NCBI GenBank assembly: GCA_005191425.1
Contig: SUPR01000028.1
Coordinates: 5,690-37,689, forward strand
Length of the DNA stretch: 32,000 nt
Origin: Candidatus Helarchaeota ASGARD archaeon Hel_GB_B
GTDB taxonomy: Archaea; Asgardarchaeota; Lokiarchaeia; Helarchaeales; HEL-GB-B
Direction of reading: 5' to 3'
The notes under the pieces were generated by a model. It had not been told where the DNA came from, searched no databases, and saw only the letters and a list, made by a program, of their open reading frames with translations. A program made the position numbers and the translations under genes. Below are positions 18,948 to 28,425 of this stretch, in pieces (the stretch's first letter is position 1; each line of letters begins with the position of its first letter).

Positions 18948-19355
18948 TGGTTTTCTCCTGAATAATTCATAAATTTTTTATGTCCAATATAAGGAGATAT
19001 AATCAATTTCTTTTAAGTTATAAATTTTGTTTATTTTTAAATTAAAAAACATTTAACTTTTTTAAATTTATTAATGATTTGTAAATAATCTAATAAAGAT
19101 GATATTTTAAATTTTGGAAGTAATATAAAATTTTTGGGTTTAAATTAGAATATGAAACTTAAGGTCAAATTAAAGAGAGTAATAATATAATTTAAAAATT
19201 TTGTTCAGTCCGAATTTAAATTTAGTATTATTTTAGGGCATATAAAGAAATTAAATAAAATTTAAATTACTTGATAATGGTTTTACATGAAATAATAAAA
19301 TAGGGTACATTAGGCTAAACAATTTTAACCTAAAAATTAGACTTTATAAGGTCTG

Positions 19356-19898
19356 TTATTTTACTATTTTATTTGTCATTAAACGTGCTAGATAAATAAA
19401 AGCTTCTAATACATTTGTGCCATCAGCGGCAGAAGTTTCAAAAAATTTTGCATTTACTTTTTCTGCCATTTCTTTTATTTCTTCAGTAGATTTTTTTCTA
19501 ATTTCAGTGAGGTCAATTTTATTAGCAATTAAAACGCGGGGAATATCGCCGGAGTATTTGAGTAAGTCATCAAACCAATGTGGAATATTATTAAATGTTT
19601 CAGGTCTTGTGACATCAAATACAAGTATAGCAGATGAAGCACCTTGATAATACAAATGGCGGACATCTTTCCATTTACTTTGTCCAGCTATGTCCCACAT
19701 TAACAAGCGGATATTATCGCCATTTTCCTGAATTTCCTTTATCACAATATTAGTGCCCAAGGTAGGTTTGTATTCTTTAATAAATTTTTGTTCTGCAAAA
19801 CGATTAATTAGTGATGTTTTACCAACTGCGCCATCACCAATAACTACGACTTTGAATACATATCTATGTTTTGATTTTTCATCCATATTTATAATCAC
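19356..19898 (-). CDS. Rab-like small GTPase
   Basis: G1 GDGAVGKT, G2 YKPT, G3 WDIAGQ, YYQGA, G4 NKID, G5 ETSA; start GTG 19898 (GTGA overlap with upstream stop) or ATG 19886. Confidence 0.93.
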   Translation of the reverse strand: MIINMDEKSKHRYVFKVVVIGDGAVGKTSLINRFAEQKFIKEYKPTLGTNIVIKEIQENGDNIRLLMWDIAGQSKWKDVRHLYYQGASSAILVFDVTRPETFNNIPHWFDDLLKYSGDIPRVLIANKIDLTEIRKKSTEEIKEMAEKVNAKFFETSAADGTNVLEAFIYLARLMTNKIVK

Positions 19899-20494
19899 TC
19901 CTTTAGATATTCCTTTACATCAAGTTTATATTTTTTAACAATTCTAAATTCACAACATTTATCTCCCAATGCAATACATTTGTCTTCTATTACATCATAT
20001 TTTTCTCCTGTTTCGGATTCTTTAATTTTACTTAAAGCACCACCGATAATATGACAAATAGGTTTTCCAGACATTGATTTAAGTCCATAACAAATTGGGC
20101 ATTCATAGACGTCCACTATTTCTAAATCATCTTTCTTAATTAAATCCCATTTGCCTCCAATCCAGTTTTCCAATTTTTTAATCATTACATCTAAAGATAG
20201 CCCAAAAGGAGATAAGTATATCAACCATTTTCGCCCTGCTTCATATAAAATGGCAGAAGTACCAAACCCAAGTAGGACAAACATAGAATTAATTAAAGAA
20301 TGAAAAATATTATAATCAATTTTCTCGTCCATTGAAATTTCATCAGGGGTGTGAGTATGAATATATTTATCTAATTTTGCATATCTCAAAACACTATTTT
20401 TACCATCTTGTCCCATTATATCATTTAATGCCGTAAGTAAAGCATAAAAAACATTCATTGATATCTCTTTTTTCTCCATTGGATTTAAAGTCAT
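19895..20494 (-). CDS. V4R-domain protein (V4R/TRAPP-Bet3 superfamily)
   Basis: ECPIC...PICHIIGGAL...E..CIALGD..CEF is the V4R signature. Confidence 0.85.
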   Translation of the reverse strand: MTLNPMEKKEISMNVFYALLTALNDIMGQDGKNSVLRYAKLDKYIHTHTPDEISMDEKIDYNIFHSLINSMFVLLGFGTSAILYEAGRKWLIYLSPFGLSLDVMIKKLENWIGGKWDLIKKDDLEIVDVYECPICYGLKSMSGKPICHIIGGALSKIKESETGEKYDVIEDKCIALGDKCCEFRIVKKYKLDVKEYLKE

Positions 20495-20638
20495 TAGGCT
20501 AACTCCGTCAAATATTTTTGATATTTACTTAATGCTCATTTAATTTTTAATATTTTTTCATTCCTTAAGATTTCTGGAATTAATGTTTAATAATTTAGTA
20601 GATTATTATAAAAATAATTATAAATAATCTATCTAGAA

Positions 20639-20962
20639 TTGTTTAAACATAAAAATATAAGAACGCATAATTGGACGGAATTAAAATTGGTCAAAATTTG
20701 TAATTTTTGTAAAAATAAAGCCAAACTTGAATGTCAATTTCATAAGAAAATTGCATGTAGAGATCATGCGCTTAAATGTCCTTATTGTCAAAATGTTGTA
20801 TGTATAGATTGTTTTAAAGAGAAAAATTATAGACCTATTTGTCCAGTTTGTAAAAAGGAATTATTAATTTGTCCAAATTGTCTTAAAAATGGTTTGATTT
20901 CTCGTTTACAGCAAGGTACTAATGTTTGTAAAATTTGTGGTTATTCAATCTCATCTAAATAA
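20639..20962 (+). CDS. multi-zinc-finger protein (14 Cys)
   Basis: TTG start; CxxC / CxxH pairs throughout 107 aa. Confidence 0.7.
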   Translation: MFKHKNIRTHNWTELKLVKICNFCKNKAKLECQFHKKIACRDHALKCPYCQNVVCIDCFKEKNYRPICPVCKKELLICPNCLKNGLISRLQQGTNVCKICGYSISSK

Positions 20963-21009
20963 AAATTAAATAGTAAAAATTCTTATTTCAATTTGAATTT
21001 ATTATAAAA

Positions 21010-21966
21010 GTGATGATAATGTTAAAAATAGATCTTAGTTTGGTAAATAAGGTATTAGAGAATCTGATAAATGCATTAACATCAATTCAAGCAGCAATGA
21101 TTTTCGATAATAAGGGAAATTTATTAACATCAATGATGAATAGTACACTTGATGAAGAGGAAATTGGTGGTACTACATCATTAATTTCGTTTATTTCCGA
21201 TAAAATAAAGATCGATTTCGAGACAGGATTATTTCAAAATTCATCTTTAAGTACTGATTATAGAAAGTTTATTTTCAGACAGATTGATGACCTTATTCTT
21301 GTCCTAATTTGTGATTTGAAATCGGATTTGAACATTATAAATCCTTATTCTGATTATGTAGCTACTAAAATTTTAAAAATAAATAAAAATGTTCAAATTG
21401 ACCCGTCTGTCCCGACTTTGGGAAAAATAGAAAGGCCTAAAAGAAAACCTAAGAACGAATATGTGTTTAAAATACTTATATTGGGGGATGCTGGTGTTGG
21501 TAAAACTACAACAACTGTGCGATTTGCCCAAGCATTATTTACCTCAGAATACAAACCTACATTAGGAGTAAATATTGTAAGAAATGAGTTTTGGATGAAT
21601 GATACGGATTTAATTCATTTTTCTATCTGGGACTTAGCTGGACAAGATAGGTGGGCTAGTATGAGAGGAATATATTATTCGGGTGCACAAGGTGCTTTAT
21701 TATTATTTGACACCACAAGATTAGATTCTTTTAGAAATCTTGATAAATGGATTAAAGAAATAAATACAAATACAATTAATATACCAGTAGTGTTAGTTGG
21801 AAATAAAATAGACCTTAAAGATTTAAGAAAAGTATCAAAAGAAGAGGGAATTAGAAAAGCCCAGGAATATGGTTATCGATATATTGAAACTTCAGCTAAA
21901 ACTTCGGAAAATATTAAGGAAACTTTTAAATTACTTGTAAAGGATATGATTAAGGGTAAAATATAA
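21010..21966 (+). CDS. roadblock/LC7-like domain fused to Rab-like GTPase
   Basis: N-terminal IQAAMIFDNKGNLL..., roadblock-type; C-terminal GDAGVGKT, YKPT, WDLAGQ, NKID, ETSA. Confidence 0.88.
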   Translation: MMIMLKIDLSLVNKVLENLINALTSIQAAMIFDNKGNLLTSMMNSTLDEEEIGGTTSLISFISDKIKIDFETGLFQNSSLSTDYRKFIFRQIDDLILVLICDLKSDLNIINPYSDYVATKILKINKNVQIDPSVPTLGKIERPKRKPKNEYVFKILILGDAGVGKTTTTVRFAQALFTSEYKPTLGVNIVRNEFWMNDTDLIHFSIWDLAGQDRWASMRGIYYSGAQGALLLFDTTRLDSFRNLDKWIKEINTNTINIPVVLVGNKIDLKDLRKVSKEEGIRKAQEYGYRYIETSAKTSENIKETFKLLVKDMIKGKI

Positions 21967-22102
21967 AGTAATAAATATTTTTATTCTATGATAATGAACC
22001 TATGGCTATTAGATTCTATTAGATTTTTAAATTAAACAACCAATAATTTGAAAAATAAGAAAAATCATTTTTGTTATTTAATTATATATTGAAATTTTAA
22101 GA

Positions 22103-23107
22103 TTGGTGAAAATGGGATTAAAATTAGGAGTTTTAATAAATCCTTCTATAGAATTAAATCATTTTGATTTATTAAAATTTAAGACGTTGGTTATTGATGG
22201 CTATGATTTTCTTTATAATGCATTAACAAGAATAAAGCGGCAAGATAAAATTCTTTATAATGATAAAGGAGAACCAATTTCGCACTATTTATATTTATTA
22301 GATTTTATAATAAATTTATTAGAGAGGAAAGTTCGTCCAATTTTCATTTTTGATAATATAAATGCGCTAAATTATAATATTAGAGTAAAAGATAAAATAG
22401 AAAAAATTGTAGAAATATTAAATAAACAAAAATCAAAAGATAAAACTCAAAAAATGAATACTAATAATATGTTAAATAATAGATCAATAAATGAAAATTA
22501 TGTAAATTTCATTGATAATATTTCGACTTTAATAAAATTTCTTGGAATTAACACGGTCATATCCCCTACTAATATTTTTCAAGCCTGTAAAAAATTAATT
22601 AGCGAAAAAAAAGCCGCAGGTATAATTACAAATGATTATAATTGCCTTTTATTTGGTATCCATGAAATGTATAGAAAATTAAATTTTGAAAATGATACTT
22701 TACAGCGAATTTTGCTCCAAAATGTATTAAATTCAAATAAAATAAATTTTGATCAATTTCTGGCGATTAATTTAATTATGGGCAATGATTATTTTTCTAA
22801 TAAAAATTCAAAATCATATGGAGTTAAAACAAGTTTAAAGTTAATAAAAGAATTTGGTACCTTAGAAAATTTAATCAAACATGGTATAATTAATGAACAC
22901 GATTTTCAAGAATTTAAAAATTTCTTTATTACTCCTGATTCATTGACCTTGTCTCCAGAACCATCTAATCTTAATAGATTTAAAGCAAAAGAATATTTAT
23001 TAAAAATAGGTCTATCTCAAGAAAGTTTTGAACAAAATTTGGACAGATTAGCTAAAGCTTATAGGAATTTAACTTTTAAACAAACATTTATTGACCAATT
23101 TTTATAA
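22103..23107 (+). CDS. FEN1/XPG-family paralog, degenerate active site, C-terminal PIP box
   Basis: LVIDG, G.PISH, RPIFIFD, DYNCLLFG, GNDY, G.KTSLKLIKEFG, KQTFIDQFL; likely start ATG 22112. Confidence 0.8.
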   Translation: MVKMGLKLGVLINPSIELNHFDLLKFKTLVIDGYDFLYNALTRIKRQDKILYNDKGEPISHYLYLLDFIINLLERKVRPIFIFDNINALNYNIRVKDKIEKIVEILNKQKSKDKTQKMNTNNMLNNRSINENYVNFIDNISTLIKFLGINTVISPTNIFQACKKLISEKKAAGIITNDYNCLLFGIHEMYRKLNFENDTLQRILLQNVLNSNKINFDQFLAINLIMGNDYFSNKNSKSYGVKTSLKLIKEFGTLENLIKHGIINEHDFQEFKNFFITPDSLTLSPEPSNLNRFKAKEYLLKIGLSQESFEQNLDRLAKAYRNLTFKQTFIDQFL

Positions 23108-23149
23108 AAAAGATAAGATTTATTATTTAAAGAAATAAAAAATAGAAAA

Positions 23150-23249
23150 CGCCGGGAGTGAGATTCGAACTCACGCGACACAGAGTGTCACAGACTATCA
23201 TGACTCATATACTCAAGGCCTGCGCCGTAATCCGCTTGGCTATCCCGGC
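23150..23249 (-). tRNA. tRNA-Ser(UGA) with 15-nt intron at 37/38
   Basis: GCCGGGA TA GCC..GGC G CAGGC CT TGA G [intron] A GTCTG; long variable arm GACAC-TCT-GTGTC; GTGAG TTCGAAT CTCAC; TCCCGGC; discriminator G73; CCA not encoded. Confidence 0.93.
23197..23211 (-). other. tRNA intron (TATATGAGTCATGAT)
   Basis: Removing it restores a 7-nt anticodon loop CTTGAGA closed by CAGGC/GTCTG. Confidence 0.85.
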
Positions 23250-23273
23250 TTTTTTAAATAATATTAAGCGCCA

Positions 23274-23281
23274 TATTTATA
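23274..23281 (-). promoter_or_regulatory. putative TATA box of tRNA-Ser
   Basis: TATAAATA 25-32 nt upstream of the tRNA 5' end; AT-rich background lowers certainty. Confidence 0.4.
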
Positions 23282-23405
23282 GATCTTAAATTTTATTTAC
23301 GATCAAATTAATTAAAATAGGTTGTATTATTTAAGAATAATTATTTAAATATTTTATTTGATTAACAAATAATTTTAATTTCTAAATGTAATATAAAGAA
23401 TAAAA

Positions 23406-23834
23406 ATGAACGACGGCTATAAATTTTTGGATCATAAAAGTGATGTCTATATAGAGGCATGTGGAAGGTCATTACAAGAGGCTTTTGAACAAGCAGGACG
23501 TGCGGTTTTTGATACTATGACAGACATTAGTAAAATTGAATTCAAAACAATGCATAAAATATCAATTCAATCAGAAGATCTAAAATCACTATTATATGAT
23601 TATTTAGACGAGCTTTTATTTATTTTTGATACTGAAATGTTATTGTTTAAAGAATTTAAAATTGAAATAGAGAATAAAAATGGATCGTATTTCTTGCATG
23701 GCGTTTTAAAAGGTGAGAAGTATAACCCAGATAAACATATTTCAAAAGTAGGTATTAAAGCAGCAACTTATAGTTTAATGGAAATAATTACAGACAAAAA
23801 CAAATTTTGCTTGCGATTCGTCATGGACATTTAA
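23406..23834 (+). CDS. archease (RtcB activator)
   Basis: YKFLDHKSDV.IEA.G..L.EAFE.A, IKAATY, C-terminal DI. Confidence 0.92.
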   Translation: MNDGYKFLDHKSDVYIEACGRSLQEAFEQAGRAVFDTMTDISKIEFKTMHKISIQSEDLKSLLYDYLDELLFIFDTEMLLFKEFKIEIENKNGSYFLHGVLKGEKYNPDKHISKVGIKAATYSLMEIITDKNKFCLRFVMDI

Positions 23835-23850
23835 ATAAAAAAGTAATTTA

Positions 23851-24128
23851 CTAACTTATTAAAATTCCATCATTCAATGCTTTTGTCATTGTATTTTCCC
23901 ATTTAACAGCAAGATCAGTTAATAAACTATCAATAGTATCTTTATAAGAAGGGTTATTTTTTCCAAACTCCGTTAATAAGTTCCAAATTTTAAGCCGATA
24001 ATATTTTTTACGGAAATCAGCTTTTTTAATAGTATTTTTGATATTATTAATAATTGTTAAATCACTATCTTTAATTTCATCTTCAATTATTTTAATAAAA
24101 GTTTCAATTATTTCTCTTGTTGTCTGCA
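23851..24128 (-). CDS. small hypothetical helical protein
   Basis: MQTTREIIETFIKIIEDE...; ATG 24128 more plausible than the upstream start at 24210; no family recognised. Confidence 0.5.
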
Positions 24129-24246
24129 TTTTTATTTTTCTCTCATTTAGTTTGTTAGAACAAATTTGAAAAATAATATGAACAATAATTAAAAAATTTA
24201 ATGATGACATTTTTCAATGTTAATTGAAAAAGAAATGTGAAACTGT

Positions 24247-24687
24247 ATGAATAAAAAAATCGAACCAATGAATGAAATATTAAGAGATCTTGTAAAAACA
24301 ACTCATATATTTCAAGCTGTAATAGTTGATCAAAATGGTTTACCAATTGCCTCGTGGAATGAAAAAAGTGGAAAAATAGAAAATGAATTAGAGAATAAAA
24401 TATCAGCTATTGGTGCTAGCGTTTTTCTTTTATCAGAAAAAACTTCAGAAATTTTTGATCTAGGATTAATGGAGCAAATGATTATAAAGAATAAAAAAGG
24501 AAAAATTGTTATTAAAAATATTAATAGCCAAGCATTAATCATTTGTGTAATGGAAAAGAAAGGTAGCGAAGCTTTAACCATGTTGAAGTTGAAAAATACG
24601 TGTGAAAAATTGAAAAAATTTGAAATATTAAATAGAAAAATTGATAATACACCTAAATCAGATATTTTCATTCCAAATATAGATTAG
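24247..24687 (+). CDS. roadblock/LC7 domain protein
   Basis: ATG at 24247 on plus strand (track label wrong); AVIVDQNGLPIAS...ISAIGAS...EQMIIKNKKGKIVI. Confidence 0.88.
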   Translation: MNKKIEPMNEILRDLVKTTHIFQAVIVDQNGLPIASWNEKSGKIENELENKISAIGASVFLLSEKTSEIFDLGLMEQMIIKNKKGKIVIKNINSQALIICVMEKKGSEALTMLKLKNTCEKLKKFEILNRKIDNTPKSDIFIPNID

Positions 24688-24736
24688 ATTAAAAAAATCA
24701 ATTTGTTTTAGAATTAAAAAACATTGGAGAATATTC

Positions 24737-25489
24737 ATGAAAATTGCGATAACTGTAGATGTAGAACCCGACCCAATAAAAGATTCATTTTTTGGAGTAA
24801 AATATGGGCTCCCCAAGATATTAAAAATTTTTGATGAAACAAAAATTCATGCCACATTTTTTATTACAGGAGAAATTGCGGAAAAATTTCCAGATCTAGT
24901 GAGAAATTTAAACAAAAAACATGAGATCGGAATGCACGGGATATATAAACACGAGAGATTAAGAAAAGTTGATGATAGAATAATTAATGAAATTATCGAA
25001 ATAAAAAACAATATTGAATCAATAATACAAACGCCAATTTATGGTTTTAGGGCACCATTTCTTGATATTGATGCAAGACTTCTTGTAAAATTAAAAGATT
25101 TAGGCTTCAAATATGATTCATCCCTTGGTCTTTTTAGATTTAATCAAATTAGGATGGAGAAATTCCTTGAAAAAGGTTTTGAATTTAAAGTATTATTTCC
25201 AAATGTATTTTTTAGATTTCCAATGGGACTTAAAGCTTTTCAAATTTTTTATAGTTTAAACCGGGTCAAGTTAGCAATTTTTTATTTACACCCGTGGGAA
25301 GCAATTAATGTGCGATATCTTTTAAAAAAATATAAAATGTACCAGTCTACTTTTGATAAGATTTTCAGAATAGATAGGTGGCTTAATACTGGGACAGAAT
25401 TTTTAAAACGATTAAAAAAGTTCATTATTTTCTTCAAAAATAAAGATTTTGAGATTAATACTTTAAAGAATTACTCAAAAATAAAATAA
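24737..25489 (+). CDS. polysaccharide deacetylase (CE4/NodB-like)
   Basis: TVDVE, ATFFITG, HEIGMHG..KH, GFRAP, YDSS, YLHPWE. Confidence 0.88.
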   Translation: MKIAITVDVEPDPIKDSFFGVKYGLPKILKIFDETKIHATFFITGEIAEKFPDLVRNLNKKHEIGMHGIYKHERLRKVDDRIINEIIEIKNNIESIIQTPIYGFRAPFLDIDARLLVKLKDLGFKYDSSLGLFRFNQIRMEKFLEKGFEFKVLFPNVFFRFPMGLKAFQIFYSLNRVKLAIFYLHPWEAINVRYLLKKYKMYQSTFDKIFRIDRWLNTGTEFLKRLKKFIIFFKNKDFEINTLKNYSKIK

Positions 25490-25523
25490 AAATAGAAAAA
25501 ATAATGATAAAAAATAAAAATTT

Positions 25524-26972
25524 TTAACCTTTAGTCACTCCAATAGGGACTAAACGTACAATTTTTGTTGCAATACCAATTCTATGAGAAATATCTGCTA
25601 CGATGTCAATATCTTTATATGCTTTAGGTGCTTCTTCACTTAATACTACTTTACTTTTTGCCTTGACATAAGTCCCACTTTGCATCATTTCTTTTTCAAT
25701 AGTTTCGCCCCAAAAAGTGCGCTTAGCTTTTGAGCGGCTCATACTTCGCCCTGCACCATGAGCAGTTGACCCAAAACTTAATTCCATAGCGCGAGAAGTT
25801 CCAGCTAATAAATAGCTAGCGGACCCCATCGAGCCAGGTAAAAGAACGGGTTGCCCAGTCGATTTATATTTAGAAGGAAGGTCAGGGTGATTAGGAGGGA
25901 ATGCTCTTGTGGCGCCTTTTCTATGAACACAAACCTTGATTTTTTTACCTTCAATTTCATGTTCCTCAATTTTTGCGATATTATGAGCTACACCATAGAT
26001 TAAATTTAAATCTAGATCTTCTGCAGATGTTCCTAGAACAGATTCAAAAGCTTCTCTTGTCCAATGAGTAATTAATTGCCGATTATTAAAAGCATAATTG
26101 ATTGCGCATGCCATTGCTTTAAAATAATTTTGGCCCTCCTTGGAATTAATGGGTACACTTGCTAGTTCCCGGCTTGGTGGTATTATACCATAATTTTTCA
26201 TTGCTTTTTCCATAATCCTTAGATAATCTGAGCAAACTTGATGCCCAAACCCTCGACTACCTGTATGTATCATTACAGTTATCTGCCCTACTTCGTTTAT
26301 CCCCCATTTTTTTGCAATATCTTTTTGATAGATTTTATCTACCTTTTGAATTTCTAAGAAATGATTTCCAGACCCAAGACTCCCAATTTGAGGAAGCCCA
26401 CGTTGTATTGCTTTTGATGATACAACAGAGGGGTCTGCATTTTCCATTTGACCATTTTCTTCTATAAATTCTAGGTCTTTTTCCCATCCATAATCGTTTT
26501 CAATAGCCCATTTAGCTCCAAGCCTTAATGCTTCATTTAATTGAGTCTGGTTTACTCTGATTTTACCTTGTGAACCTAAACCTGAAGGGACAAGTTCGAA
26601 TATTTTATTAATTAATTTTTTAATAGGTGGATTATCTCGGACATGAAGATTTGTTCTTAAAAGTCTAACACCACAATTGATGTCATATCCGACTCCACCA
26701 GGACTTATTACACCATCTTCAACTGAAGTTGCAGCTACACCACCAATAGGAAAGCCATAACCTTGGTGCCCATCGGGCAATACTATTGCATATTTTTGTA
26801 TTCCTTTTAATTGAGCTACTTCGCACAGTTGGATCAAAGTTTTATCTTTATTCATTCGTTCTAATAACTCTTTATTAGCATATATTCTTGCTGGGACTCT
26901 CATTTTGCCAACTTTCGCAATTTGCCATTGGAGTTGATCTGGTGATAATGGTCTTACGTTGATTGATTCCAT
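25524..26972 (-). CDS. rtcB: RNA 2',3'-cyclic phosphate / tRNA-splicing ligase RtcB
   Basis: PDGHQGYGFPIG, GYDINCGVR, GSGNHFLE, HTGSRG, HNIAK, HRKGAT, HGAGR. Confidence 0.97.
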   Translation of the reverse strand: MESINVRPLSPDQLQWQIAKVGKMRVPARIYANKELLERMNKDKTLIQLCEVAQLKGIQKYAIVLPDGHQGYGFPIGGVAATSVEDGVISPGGVGYDINCGVRLLRTNLHVRDNPPIKKLINKIFELVPSGLGSQGKIRVNQTQLNEALRLGAKWAIENDYGWEKDLEFIEENGQMENADPSVVSSKAIQRGLPQIGSLGSGNHFLEIQKVDKIYQKDIAKKWGINEVGQITVMIHTGSRGFGHQVCSDYLRIMEKAMKNYGIIPPSRELASVPINSKEGQNYFKAMACAINYAFNNRQLITHWTREAFESVLGTSAEDLDLNLIYGVAHNIAKIEEHEIEGKKIKVCVHRKGATRAFPPNHPDLPSKYKSTGQPVLLPGSMGSASYLLAGTSRAMELSFGSTAHGAGRSMSRSKAKRTFWGETIEKEMMQSGTYVKAKSKVVLSEEAPKAYKDIDIVADISHRIGIATKIVRLVPIGVTKG

Positions 26973-27186
26973 TTTTTAAACCCGCTTTTTTATTAATATT
27001 TAATTAAAACAGATTTCATTATTTCTTAAAACTTTTTTTCAGAATTTGAATTTTTTATTAAGATTAGCTAATGATTTGAATACTTTTAAATTTTTAAGGT
27101 ATTTTAGATAGAATTCAGTAATATTTTTATTAATAAATATTAAATCTAAAAAATATTAAAAACTAAATAAAATAAGGATTTAAATT

Positions 27187-28425
27187 TTGAAGAAAAATAG
27201 TATTTATCTATTAATATCAGCGTTTATTATATCGGTCAGTTCTCCAGCCTTCTTTATTTTTATGCTTAATAAAGCTGGAGTATATAATGCGCCATTACTT
27301 GTTTCAATTTATTTTTTACAATCAATTATTTTTTCATATATTTTTGGTAAGGTCTCAGATAGATATAATAAGGATCTTTTATTTATATTAATAGGGATTA
27401 TTTCCTCATCAATTTTATATCTGACCATTTATTTGATTGATAACTTTATTATATTAATAATTATTGCAGCATTAATAGGTATCTCAAATTCCGCTTGGAC
27501 GCCATTAATTATGGCATTATTTTTGAAAATAGAAGATAAAATGGCGTCAGGAAAACAAGCATCATTAATAAATAGTATGTTCAGTTTCGGGTGGGCTGTT
27601 GGGTCTATTATTGGTGGAATAATAGAGCAATTAACTAATTTGAACATGGTTTTTATATTTATGAGCATAATAGGAGGCATAAGTATTATTCCTTTAACAA
27701 AATTAATTACCTCATATAAAACAAATAAAACTAAAGATCAACTTTTTAACAATATAAAAAATAGTAGAGAGTTAAAAGAAAAAAAGTGCTCTATAAAGAA
27801 AATTACAATAAGAGGTCAGGACGAAAATTATAATCAAATTATCATTTTTCTTATTATTTGTATATCTCTGAGATATTTATGTTCTCAAGGGGCTGTTGTT
27901 GGGATCTTACCGAACTATATTCAATATGAATTGATAATTTTACCGGGTTTAAAAGGGTTAATTTTGTCAATAAATATGATTACACAATGTATTTTTATAA
28001 TTCCTTTAGGTTATTTAATAGATAAATTGGGAAAACGCCCGATATTTTTTGTAGGACTTATAGGTTCAGGATTAAATTCGATATTCTATTCAATGGCTCA
28101 TAATATTTGGTTTTTAATACTAAATCAAGTGCTTATTGGTTTTTCCTATTCGGCAATAGTTTCAAGTACAACAGCAATTATTAGAGATATTTCAGATTGT
28201 GATAAATATGGGCAGGGAATGGGAATAAATAATATGGCAAGAAGTGTTGGTGGTATGGTTGGACCATTTTTGGCATTTTTTTTATTGAATTTTAGCTATG
28301 ATTTTGCTTTTCAAATTTTAGGGATTATTGGACTAATTAGTGGATTAATTGCAGTAATTTTTTTAAAGGAGAATAAAATAAATTCAAAATATAGCATAAG
28401 GTTTATAAAAAAATTAGACATTTAG
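27187..28425 (+). CDS. MFS transporter
   Basis: TTG start; motif A twice (GKVSDRYNK, GYLIDKLGKR); about 12 hydrophobic segments. Confidence 0.88.
   Translation: MKKNSIYLLISAFIISVSSPAFFIFMLNKAGVYNAPLLVSIYFLQSIIFSYIFGKVSDRYNKDLLFILIGIISSSILYLTIYLIDNFIILIIIAALIGISNSAWTPLIMALFLKIEDKMASGKQASLINSMFSFGWAVGSIIGGIIEQLTNLNMVFIFMSIIGGISIIPLTKLITSYKTNKTKDQLFNNIKNSRELKEKKCSIKKITIRGQDENYNQIIIFLIICISLRYLCSQGAVVGILPNYIQYELIILPGLKGLILSINMITQCIFIIPLGYLIDKLGKRPIFFVGLIGSGLNSIFYSMAHNIWFLILNQVLIGFSYSAIVSSTTAIIRDISDCDKYGQGMGINNMARSVGGMVGPFLAFFLLNFSYDFAFQILGIIGLISGLIAVIFLKENKINSKYSIRFIKKLDI

Noticed and set aside
22103-23107. Calling this the canonical fen1
   Set aside because: EGE and DxD catalytic motifs are degenerate.
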